Virus record (IMG/VR): IMGVR_UViG_3300045988_058293
Location: 1 to 38,254 of that record
Source: a virus
Strand: one strand, 5' to 3'
DNA length: 38,254 nucleotides
Shown: positions 1 through 6,141 of the stretch, piece by piece
Numbering within the stretch: the stretch's first letter is position 1
How the letters are laid out: each line of letters begins with the position of its first letter
Position numbers and translations under genes: made by a program
The notes under the pieces: model-generated
What the model saw: only the letters and a program-made list of their open reading frames with translations
Databases searched by the model: none
What the model was told of the DNA's origin: nothing

Positions 1-99
1 ATCAGAGCTGAAAGGCTCTTATTTTTATACCCGAAAAGGGAGAAAGGAGTCCGTACATGAAGGACACTATGATCTTAAAAAATGGAACTATTATTGAAC
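1..99. repeat. Left copy of the 99-bp terminal direct repeat
   Basis: Bases 1-99 (atcagagctgaaagg...ctattattgaac) recur exactly at 38156-38254. Confidence 0.95.
4..26 (+). terminator. Weak intrinsic terminator after the tail-fibre / invertible region (also at 38159-38181)
   Basis: AGAGC-TGAAAG-GCTCT hairpin followed by TATTTTTAT. The stem is only 5 bp. Confidence 0.35.
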
Positions 100-437
100 T
101 GGAGGCAGGCGCAAGCCTGGGAGCCTTACAGGTGGCGGCAGCCGATCGGGCGGCCATGGTGGCAACATGGGAAATATTGACACCAGATAATCTCACAACC
201 GTACAGATCAAAAACGGAGGCGGTACCGTGGTAGGGAATTATACTGATCTCATGCTTGTGTCTGAGACGTCCGTAATCGCTACTGATGGCACTGTCCTTA
301 CAACGTATAGCCTGCGTGAGAAAACCGCCGAAGAGAAGCGTCTGGACGCGCTGGAGGCAGGTCAGGCAGTACAGGACGGTGCAATTAACGACCTTGGAGA
401 AGCTGTTGGAACAATGGCAGAAGGAGGTACAGTATAA
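57..437 (+). CDS. Hypothetical phage protein (126 aa) between the tail fibres and the lysis cassette
   Basis: ATG preceded by gagaaaggag RBS. Long ORF co-oriented with the late genes. No motif recognised. Confidence 0.7.
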   Translation: MKDTMILKNGTIIELEAGASLGALQVAAADRAAMVATWEILTPDNLTTVQIKNGGGTVVGNYTDLMLVSETSVIATDGTVLTTYSLREKTAEEKRLDALEAGQAVQDGAINDLGEAVGTMAEGGTV

Positions 438-550
438 TGGGGGCATTCTATGGAACGCGGATCAGACGCGGTATTATTACCATTAAAGAGGTCCCCAATT
501 TTTGGAGATCAAAAACAGAAGTTTGGCTGAAAGAAAATCCGGAGGTATAA
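437..550 (+). CDS. XkdX-like small phage protein (37 aa)
   Basis: Below the track cutoff. TAATG overlap with the upstream gene and aaggaggt RBS. MGAFYGTRIRRGIITIKEVPNFWRSKTEVWLKENPEV resembles the short proteins that precede holins in Firmicutes phages. Confidence 0.5.
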   Translation: MGAFYGTRIRRGIITIKEVPNFWRSKTEVWLKENPEV

Positions 551-554
551 GACA

Positions 555-1049
555 ATGAAAAGAGAATATATTATTGGAATTCAGGGGGCAATGGCGGCGG
601 CTGTTGCCTTTTTAAGTGATAAACTGGGGATACTCTTCCCGGTGTTGTGTGCACTTGCCTCCATGATGGTTGTGGACTATGTAACCGGAATGCTGGCAAG
701 TAAACGGGAAGCTATGGACCACCCCGATGACATTACCTATGGGTGGAGCAGCAAGAAGGGCGCAAAAGGGATTATTAAAAAGGTTGGTTATCTTTGCGTG
801 ATTGCGGTTGCTATGGTAGTGGATTATGTGATTGCTACTGTATCTGGAACTCTTGGCTTTACGATGCCGGCCAGCGCATTTTTCGGGCTTCTGGTGGCTG
901 TCTGGTATTTACTCAATGAATTACTGTCCATTATCGAAAATGCGGGCAGAATGGGCGCCGCGGTGCCAGATTGGTTATTAAAATACATTGCGGTACTGAA
1001 AGATAAGATTGACAGTGCAGATTATGGACAGGGCGATAAGCAGGAATAG
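555..1049 (+). CDS. Holin (Phage_holin_4_1 / TIGR01593-like)
   Basis: 164 aa with hydrophobic segments and the motifs DYVTGMLAS, GWSSKKGAKGIIKKVGYL and LNELLSIIENAGRMG. Lies directly upstream of the endolysin. Confidence 0.85.
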   Translation: MKREYIIGIQGAMAAAVAFLSDKLGILFPVLCALASMMVVDYVTGMLASKREAMDHPDDITYGWSSKKGAKGIIKKVGYLCVIAVAMVVDYVIATVSGTLGFTMPASAFFGLLVAVWYLLNELLSIIENAGRMGAAVPDWLLKYIAVLKDKIDSADYGQGDKQE

Positions 1050-1156
1050 AAAGGCGGTGATCCGCATATCTCCCGGCCGGCAGGGTGAGAGCCGGTGATA
1101 CTGTACTTATTTATGGGCCTGGGTAAATCCTGGGCCTTTTCATTTTTGGAGGTACT

Positions 1157-1996
1157 ATGACAGCACAAGAAAAGAGACAGGCAGTGATCGCAAAGTACGA
1201 CACGCTGATTGGCCGCAATTATTACAGCCAGAATCTACGTGATTATTGTTACAAAAAATATAAAGACGGCAACTATTACAGTGATTGCAGTAGCTCTATC
1301 TGTTATGCATACGCAGAGGCAGGCCAGAGCTTCGGTATACTTAATACCGCCGGAATATATCAGTCCGGCAAGCTGACAACCGTAGACATAGACATAACCG
1401 CAGGTATCCCGGACGTATCCCGGTTGCGCCCCGGTGATATGTTGGAATTCGCGGGGACCGATAAGAGCCGCCCGCTTAAGATCGGCCACGTTGAGATGTA
1501 CTGCGGTAATGGCATTATCTGCGGACACGGTAGCGGCAGGCCGAGTTATAAGCAGCTTACGGCATACTGCAAGAGCCGGTATGACTCATGGGCGCCGGGA
1601 GGCTGGAGGAAGGGGCTTGTATGTGTCAGGCGGTATATACAGGACGATGCAGCGCCGAAGCCGGAAGCGCCGAAGAAATCCGGCTGGTATGAGGAGGACG
1701 GCGGCCGGAAGTATTACCTCGGTAACACAGGTGCTCCAGTACGCAACGCCTGGTATCAGGACACTGATGGAAAATGGTACTGGTTTAATGGCGCTGGTTT
1801 GATGGTTTATAACACATGGTATATGTATGAGGGTGACTGGTACTATCTCGGTGCAGATGGCGCTATGGTAAAGGGATTGCAGACGAGCGGCGGGAAGTGG
1901 TACTATCTCGATCAGTCCGGCAAGCTTGTTATGGAGCCGGTGACGCTAACTCCAGATCAGGATGGAGCATTGCAGTATCCGGGGCTGGTAGAATAA
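1157..1996 (+). CDS. Endolysin: papain-like Cys/His peptidase (NlpC/P60-CHAP-like) plus CW_binding_1 repeats
   Basis: N-terminal YSDCSSSICYAYAEAG and IGHVEMY. C-terminal aromatic-Gly repeats (GWYEEDGGRKYYL, GKWYWFNGAGLMV, GDWYYLGADGAMV, GKWYYLDQSGKLV). Confidence 0.85.
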   Translation: MTAQEKRQAVIAKYDTLIGRNYYSQNLRDYCYKKYKDGNYYSDCSSSICYAYAEAGQSFGILNTAGIYQSGKLTTVDIDITAGIPDVSRLRPGDMLEFAGTDKSRPLKIGHVEMYCGNGIICGHGSGRPSYKQLTAYCKSRYDSWAPGGWRKGLVCVRRYIQDDAAPKPEAPKKSGWYEEDGGRKYYLGNTGAPVRNAWYQDTDGKWYWFNGAGLMVYNTWYMYEGDWYYLGADGAMVKGLQTSGGKWYYLDQSGKLVMEPVTLTPDQDGALQYPGLVE

Positions 1997-2081
1997 TAAT
2001 AATAAGGGCGGTCCTATCGGGGCCGCCTATTGACACTCTCCAGGCCATACATTACAATGATTACATATGGGAGGAGGCGTC

Positions 2082-2525
2082 ATGGAATATATCAATCATT
2101 ATACTATTAATACTTCTCATAACCGGATTTCATATCCAGGAGAAGTAGACAAGAGCATATATTTTAAAATTGCAAAAATAATCAAAAAAGCCGCCGCCGG
2201 GGAGAGACCCGAAGTCATAGACGGCACATATATCACGCTGACTTCAGAACTGGATTGCTATGTGGCGACCTTATGGGCGGATGAGAAGACTCCATTATTA
2301 CTGACCGTTGGAGCAAACAGCGAAGAGGGACGCAAGAAGGTATCCAATCTCATCATTAATGATTATAAGGGACTGTATGAGGAAACACCAATACTTCCAG
2401 CGGCGCCGGTAGTAGCTGATGTTATATTACCATCGTGTATATTCATGCCAAAAGTTCTCGAATGGTCAGGAGATTTCACTCGTTGCTTAGGGTGGGCGTT
2501 GATGGCACCAGAAAAAATAAGGTAA
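2082..2525 (+). CDS. Hypothetical accessory protein (147 aa)
   Basis: ATG at 2082 with gggaggagg RBS (the track start at 2067 lacks an RBS). Followed by a terminator. Confidence 0.6.
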   Translation: MEYINHYTINTSHNRISYPGEVDKSIYFKIAKIIKKAAAGERPEVIDGTYITLTSELDCYVATLWADEKTPLLLTVGANSEEGRKKVSNLIINDYKGLYEETPILPAAPVVADVILPSCIFMPKVLEWSGDFTRCLGWALMAPEKIR

Positions 2526-2530
2526 AATAA

Positions 2531-2557
2531 AAGGGCACCCATTGAGTGTCCTTTTTT
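2531..2557. terminator. Bidirectional intrinsic terminator between convergent genes
   Basis: AAGGGCAC-CCATTGA-GTGTCCTT hairpin, A-run upstream and TTTTTT downstream. Confidence 0.6.
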
Positions 2558-2560
2558 GTG

Positions 2561-3184
2561 CTATAATGATTCAATATACATCTTAGCCGATTCATATGCC
2601 TCTTTTGTTGGAAGATCAGGAACATACCCTTCTCCACCTTCATTCACGACGTTGTTATAATTTTTAGCCCATACTTTATACTCTTTTTGGGTCATGAGTT
2701 TCTGTCCACTTGCTATGTATTTTTCGGCACTTGTAATGTACTGGAGTGCACTGGCCTTTCTACTTTCTTTTATTTTCGCTTCTTCATTTGCGTGGTACTC
2801 GCGTGCTGCTTGACTCGTTCCTGACTCTATTACATTGTCAATCCATGCTTTGTACAGATTTGCGTTTTCTTCTGTTAAGGCTACTTTTATTCCTATAATA
2901 CCTTTTGTACATCCGGCAGCTAGTGCCTTTTCATTACAAGTATTATAGAGCGCCCACGATGAAGGGGAAAAGCAAGAGTCTACTAAGTTTCCGTTGATGT
3001 AAGCCTTAAGTGATCCATGCGTTACTGGTTTTACTCCGAGGTCTATCTGGTGGCCGTCTGCATCTGATATATCGTGTTCCATTATCTCGCTGTATTCGGC
3101 AGTAAGTGTCAATTCATTACCTGATACTAAGGTTAATTTTAATGTATCTTCCATGATATCCTCCATTGATATTTCCATAATCAT
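2561..3184 (-). CDS. Hypothetical accessory protein (207 aa)
   Basis: Long minus-strand ORF downstream of the operator-containing promoter at 3475-3503. No motif recognised. Confidence 0.65.
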   Translation of the reverse strand: MIMEISMEDIMEDTLKLTLVSGNELTLTAEYSEIMEHDISDADGHQIDLGVKPVTHGSLKAYINGNLVDSCFSPSSWALYNTCNEKALAAGCTKGIIGIKVALTEENANLYKAWIDNVIESGTSQAAREYHANEEAKIKESRKASALQYITSAEKYIASGQKLMTQKEYKVWAKNYNNVVNEGGEGYVPDLPTKEAYESAKMYIESL

Positions 3185-3265
3185 CTGCTATACTGTTTGT
3201 AGATGGGGGAGCGGTGGCAAGCCCGCCCTCCCTTGTCTTTTTCCTTGTCCCGTTTGGGACTTTTT

Positions 3266-3412
3266 TTAGTTGTCCTCGATGCCTTTCTGTGTGTCGTCGA
3301 TCAATTTGTCAACCATGGTGTCGGCTTTTTCGTACTCTTTGTTTTTCAGTGCTTCTTTCAAATCTTTTAAGTCCTGTAACAGTCTTCGTAAGTAACTTTT
3401 AAATACGCTCAT
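3266..3412 (-). CDS. Small hypothetical helical protein (48 aa)
   Basis: Below the track cutoff. ATG at 3412 with gaggaggaagg RBS. MSVFKSYLRRLLQDLKDLKEALKNKEYEKADTMVDKLIDDTQKGIEDN. First gene after the promoter at 3475-3503. Confidence 0.45.
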   Translation of the reverse strand: MSVFKSYLRRLLQDLKDLKEALKNKEYEKADTMVDKLIDDTQKGIEDN

Positions 3413-3474
3413 CTCTTCGCTCAAGTTCCTTCCTCCTCGTATTCGTTAAGGCCTTGCCTCTCTTAACTGTCTTT

Positions 3475-3503
3475 ATTATACTATATATGTACATATATGT
3501 CAA
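3475..3503 (-). promoter_or_regulatory. Consensus sigma-A promoter (TTGACA-17-TATAAT) whose spacer is a 16-bp palindromic operator
   Basis: Minus strand reads TTGACA tatatgtacatatatag TATAAT. The palindrome ATATATGTACATATAT lies at 3483-3498. Confidence 0.7.
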
Positions 3504-3682
3504 GGGCTTATTCCAATTTTTTCAAATACAATTTCTTTTATTATGGTATTAACTCCCTTTCCTTCTTTGTCAGCATATTCTTTGATTTTTTCATACTGCT
3601 CTGGCTGAACATCGAGAGGGATTCGTTTGAGTTTTTTCATATACTTAATAGTTGCGTTTTTCTGAGCTTCATTATATGGCAT
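3500..3682 (-). CDS. Ribbon-helix-helix (Arc/CopG-like) DNA-binding protein, 60 aa
   Basis: ATG at 3682 with aaaggagg RBS. MPYNEAQKNATIKYMKKLKRIPLDVQPEQYEKIKEYADKEGKGVNTIIKEIVFEKIG fits a strand-helix-helix layout. Flanked by palindromic operators. Confidence 0.65.
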   Translation of the reverse strand: MPYNEAQKNATIKYMKKLKRIPLDVQPEQYEKIKEYADKEGKGVNTIIKEIVFEKIGISP

Positions 3683-3783
3683 TATGGCGCACCTCCTTTT
3701 GTAAAAGTATACCACATAGATAATATACGTTCATATATACAAAGTAGCTAAAATATATATGTACAGTTTGTGCATTTTGTGTA

Positions 3784-3812
3784 TTGATATATATGTACAT
3801 ATATAATATAAT
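3784..3812 (+). promoter_or_regulatory. Near-consensus sigma-A promoter (TTGATA-17-TATAAT) whose spacer is an 18-bp palindromic operator
   Basis: TTGATA tatatgtacatatataa TATAAT. The palindrome TATATATGTACATATATA lies at 3788-3805, with an extra half site ATATATATGTACAG at 3753-3766. Confidence 0.7.
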
Positions 3813-3855
3813 AAGATCAGAAGGAACAGGAAAACAAACAGAAAGCGAGGAGAAA

Positions 3856-4029
3856 ATGATAATTGAATTAAATGAGCGTCACAGCCTAATTATAAACAAA
3901 GACGAAGAGTACAACTGTTATGATGTAGAATTAATTGAGTACCATCCGAATAGAGTAATCAAATTTCCCATGGAGAGATATTCTGAAGATGCTCTCAAAG
4001 AAGAATATGGAATTTGTATAGAAGATTAA
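3856..4029 (+). CDS. Small hypothetical protein (57 aa), first gene of the accessory operon
   Basis: ATG at 3856 with gcgaggag RBS. The track start at 3784 is the promoter -35 box. Confidence 0.6.
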   Translation: MIIELNERHSLIINKDEEYNCYDVELIEYHPNRVIKFPMERYSEDALKEEYGICIED

Positions 4030-4035
4030 AGGATA

Positions 4036-4080
4036 ATATTCACCCGCCCCGGTCCGGTAATAGGCCGGGAGAAAAGAGGA
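4036..4080 (+). repeat. Conserved GC-rich stem-loop leader, copy 1
   Basis: atattcacccgccccggtccggtaataggccgggagaaaagagga. CCGGtCC/GGCCGG stem placed directly before the RBS. Similar to 4310-4348 and 4629-4670. Confidence 0.75.
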
Positions 4081-4083
4081 GAG

Positions 4084-4305
4084 ATGCAGGTATTAACAGG
4101 AAGTAAAAGAGAAATCACTTTAATGTTATGGAATGAACAGCTTGAAAAAGCAAAGAAAAGTTTAGAAGAAAGCAAAGAATGCTATAGGCGTTTTGGTGAC
4201 GATGATAGCAAACTATGGATTGAAGAAGATCAACGGAAAGTAGATGAAATTGAACAGGAAATCAAAGAAGTGATTGATTTTATGAACGATCATAATATCA
4301 AATAA
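4084..4305 (+). CDS. Small acidic hypothetical protein (73 aa)
   Basis: ATG with agaggagag RBS. Coiled-coil-like, Glu/Asp-rich. Confidence 0.7.
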   Translation: MQVLTGSKREITLMLWNEQLEKAKKSLEESKECYRRFGDDDSKLWIEEDQRKVDEIEQEIKEVIDFMNDHNIK

Positions 4306-4309
4306 ACAA

Positions 4310-4348
4310 GGCCCGCCCCGGTCCGGGATCAGGCCGGGAGAAAGGAAG
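4310..4348 (+). repeat. Conserved GC-rich stem-loop leader, copy 2
   Basis: ggcccgccccggtccgggatcaggccgggagaaaggaag. Confidence 0.75.
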
Positions 4349-4350
4349 AT

Positions 4351-4629
4351 ATGAGCCACATTGAAAAGATGCTTTACAAGCGCTATAAGCAACACTTCGC
4401 TGATTGCAAGACCGTACCTGGAAGCTATAATGAGATCACAAAAACAATTGATGTTATTCTTCCGGAAGGCAGAATGAAGCCATCTGGAGTACGTGGACAA
4501 AGTTACAAATATATGCATTTTGATGGCGTAGAAAGCTTAACCGGAAGAAAAGTAAACATGACAATAAAAGCAACCTGCCTTGAAAATGCAATAAAAAGAC
4601 TTCCAAAGGATTGTATATGGGAACTGTGA
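4351..4629 (+). CDS. Small hypothetical protein (92 aa)
   Basis: ATG 3 nt after the gagaaaggaag RBS of leader copy 2. Confidence 0.7.
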   Translation: MSHIEKMLYKRYKQHFADCKTVPGSYNEITKTIDVILPEGRMKPSGVRGQSYKYMHFDGVESLTGRKVNMTIKATCLENAIKRLPKDCIWEL

Positions 4630-4670
4630 TATTCACCCGTCCCGGCCGGGGAGTTCCGGGAGAAAGGAAA
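4629..4670 (+). repeat. Conserved GC-rich stem-loop leader, copy 3
   Basis: atattcacccgtcccggccggggagttccgggagaaaggaaa. Confidence 0.7.
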
Positions 4671-4675
4671 GAACC

Positions 4676-4897
4676 GTGTATGAATATATGAATTTTTCGA
4701 CCTACTTAATTGAAATGACGGGCTTGTCAATCTATGATTTCTCGGTGCTGGAATGGGGGCCATTTACGGAAGCGAAGAATATAGAGACTGTTTATGAATT
4801 CCTCCAGGAATGGCTTGAATATGGGCCATCTGAACAGCTAAAAGAAAGAGCCAGGAATGATCTTGCTGAACGTGGATATATAGAAATGGGAGTATAG
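4676..4897 (+). CDS. Small acidic hypothetical protein (73 aa)
   Basis: GTG at 4676, 5-6 nt after aaaggaaag (the in-frame ATG at 4688 is an alternative). Followed by a terminator. Confidence 0.6.
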   Translation: MYEYMNFSTYLIEMTGLSIYDFSVLEWGPFTEAKNIETVYEFLQEWLEYGPSEQLKERARNDLAERGYIEMGV

Positions 4898-4899
4898 TA

Positions 4900-4927
4900 A
4901 AGGGCGGCTCATCACCGCCCTTTCTCT
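4900..4927. terminator. Intrinsic terminator ending the small-gene operon
   Basis: AAGGGCGG-CTCATCA-CCGCCCTT followed by TCTCT. Confidence 0.7.
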
Positions 4928-5091
4928 ACGCAAAAAATACAGTCTGAGACCCTGAAAAAATTGGTTCTATATCCTCTGATCCGGTCGATCCGTAGCGTTA
5001 TTATTGACCATTCCCGTAGTTCCATTAATCTGTTCCGCATAGTTCCACCCCCTGTATTTCTAATAACGATTTGTGCGGTATGCTGTGACGC

Positions 5092-5265
5092 CTATTTTAT
5101 ATATTGTTCAAACCATTTCTGGCGCCTCGGTGCTTCCGGCGCCTTCTCTGCATCTATTTTTTTGTAAAACCCGCAGACTTCCGGGCCATCTTTACACATC
5201 TGCGTTTTTTGGTTATAGTGTGGACACTGATTAATATCAGGTGCCAGTGTACATATGTTTGCCAT
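5092..5265 (-). CDS. Small Cys-rich protein (57 aa)
   Basis: ATG at 5265 with aaaggagag RBS. MANICTLAPDINQCPHYNQKTQMCKDGPEVCGFYKKIDAEKAPEAPRRQKWFEQYIK. The longer track ORF has no RBS. Confidence 0.6.
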   Translation of the reverse strand: MANICTLAPDINQCPHYNQKTQMCKDGPEVCGFYKKIDAEKAPEAPRRQKWFEQYIK

Positions 5266-5286
5266 GATATTCTCTCCTTTGATTTT

Positions 5287-5315
5287 ATAATAACAAACAA
5301 ATGTTCGGTATGCAA
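5287..5315 (-). promoter_or_regulatory. Promoter (TTGCAT-17-TATTAT) with a LexA-box-like element in the spacer
   Basis: Minus strand reads TTGCAT aCCGAACATTTGTTTGt TATTAT. CGAACATTTGTTTG (5294-5307) has one mismatch to the GAAC-N4-GTTC core. Confidence 0.5.
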
Positions 5316-5322
5316 CTGGAAA

Positions 5323-5337
5323 AAATAGTGATTTAGC
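5323..5337 (+). repeat. Core repeat S3 (AAATAGTGATTTAGC), putative recombination site
   Basis: Same 15-mer as 5991-6005(-) and 38120-38134(-), and 13/15 identical to 37352-37366(+). Reads N-S-D-L-A in frame with the downstream ORF. Confidence 0.6.
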
Positions 5338-5641
5338 TTCTGTGACTGCGCAGTTAACAGGTACACCTGTGCTCCTCGGTCCAGGATCAATTCTTGAAAA
5401 CATAAAGTGGTATATCAAAAATCATTTACACGTAAGAGGCAGCTTTCCGTATGAGCCCGATCCCAATAATAGCAATAGGGTGTCTGACCTCCCAGCCGGA
5501 GCGGAGACTTGGGGGCGTGTGGAATGGTTCAAACTTGCCTCCGATGAATATAGGGTTATTTTATATCCTGAAAATAACGTCAAAATATATCATCGTCTTA
5601 TTGTTTCGGGTTCCTGGAGTGGCGACTGGGTGGAAAAATGA
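5324..5641 (+). other. Silent tail-fibre C-terminal cassette c (no start codon or RBS)
   Basis: Frame is open from 5294. NSDLA-SVTAQLTGTPVLLGPGS...SGSWSGDWVEK. The track start at 5342 is an internal GTG without an RBS. By eye it resembles the C-terminus of the 36933-37796 protein. Confidence 0.6.
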
Positions 5642-6004
5642 TTATAATTGGTACATAAAGCTGTCGTTAATGCGATCTGTAGCAGTTAGATTATCAAGTG
5701 CCGTCAGATATAGACACCAGATCCCATTTTCGTTTTGCCTGACGTTAAACTGTATGTTTTTTCCGGTGTTGCTGGTATCCGAGTTAATCCAGCGTACCGC
5801 CGTTGGCACAAAACCAGTAGGTATTGCACAAATCATATCAGCGACATCTTTCGATATCGACCATGCCAGCTGAAATGACATTTGCACTGATACAGTACCG
5901 TTTGATTTATAAAATTGGATTACCGTCGCTTCTCTATCTAAACGATTAGGAACAGTCGTCCGCTGCGACGATAATCGGTCTAAGAGATTCGCTAAATCAC
6001 TATT
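5642..6004 (-). other. Silent tail-fibre C-terminal cassette b (no start codon or RBS)
   Basis: Minus frame is open from 6022 to 5642. NSDLA-NLLDRLSSQRTTVPN...ENGIWCLYLTALDNLT.... Abuts cassette c tail to tail (5641|5642). Resembles cassette a (37801-38134). Confidence 0.6.
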
Positions 6005-6005
6005 T
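5991..6005 (-). repeat. Core repeat S4 (AAATAGTGATTTAGC on the minus strand), putative recombination site
   Basis: Plus strand reads gctaaatcactattt. Inverted relative to S3. In frame with cassette b. Confidence 0.6.
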
Positions 6006-6019
6006 TCATTATTAAAAAA

Positions 6020-6041
6020 TGCTTAAAGTTTTGCTTAAAGT
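6020..6041 (+). repeat. attP left arm-type repeats (2 x TGCTTAAAGT)
   Basis: TGCTTAAAGT at 6020 and 6032. The same decamer occurs twice on the other side of the tRNA fragment. Confidence 0.6.
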
Positions 6042-6141
6042 CAATATGTGCTCCAAATGGTATTATACGCTATCTATTTTTAAAGAAATCCTTATTTTAA
6101 GCCACTTTTTGCGTGTGTTACTTCTTATTATATACATTAAA

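Noticed and set aside
1050-1156. Hairpin with a T-run (about 1113-1150) between the holin and endolysin genes as a terminator
   Set aside because: The stem needs three G-U pairs, and a terminator here would uncouple lysin from holin. It is possibly an attenuator, but the evidence is too weak to call.
3214-3751. Plus-strand ORFs 3214-3402 and 3497-3751
   Set aside because: They overlap the better-supported minus-strand genes (the 48-aa ORF and the RHH gene) and the minus-strand promoter. They have no RBS and encode hydrophobic low-complexity peptides.
4036-4670. GC-rich intergenic hairpins as a CRISPR array or integron attC sites
   Set aside because: The spacers between them are 220-280-bp protein-coding genes with RBSs, so this is not a CRISPR array. 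No integron integrase or R''/L''-type attC core sites are present. They are kept as conserved leader hairpins of unknown function.
4912-5040. 42-aa minus-strand ORF starting MRNRLMELRE (XRE-like beginning) with a good RBS
   Set aside because: Only the first few residues resemble an HTH_XRE N-terminus. The rest is not HTH-like and the ORF ends inside the terminator hairpin. It may be a decayed repressor remnant, but it cannot be supported as a gene.
5342-5887. Track ORFs 5342-5641 (+) and 5642-5887 (-) as ordinary independent genes
   Set aside because: Both start at GTG codons without an RBS. Both frames remain open upstream to the conserved core repeat. They are interpreted as silent C-terminal cassettes rather than as stand-alone genes.
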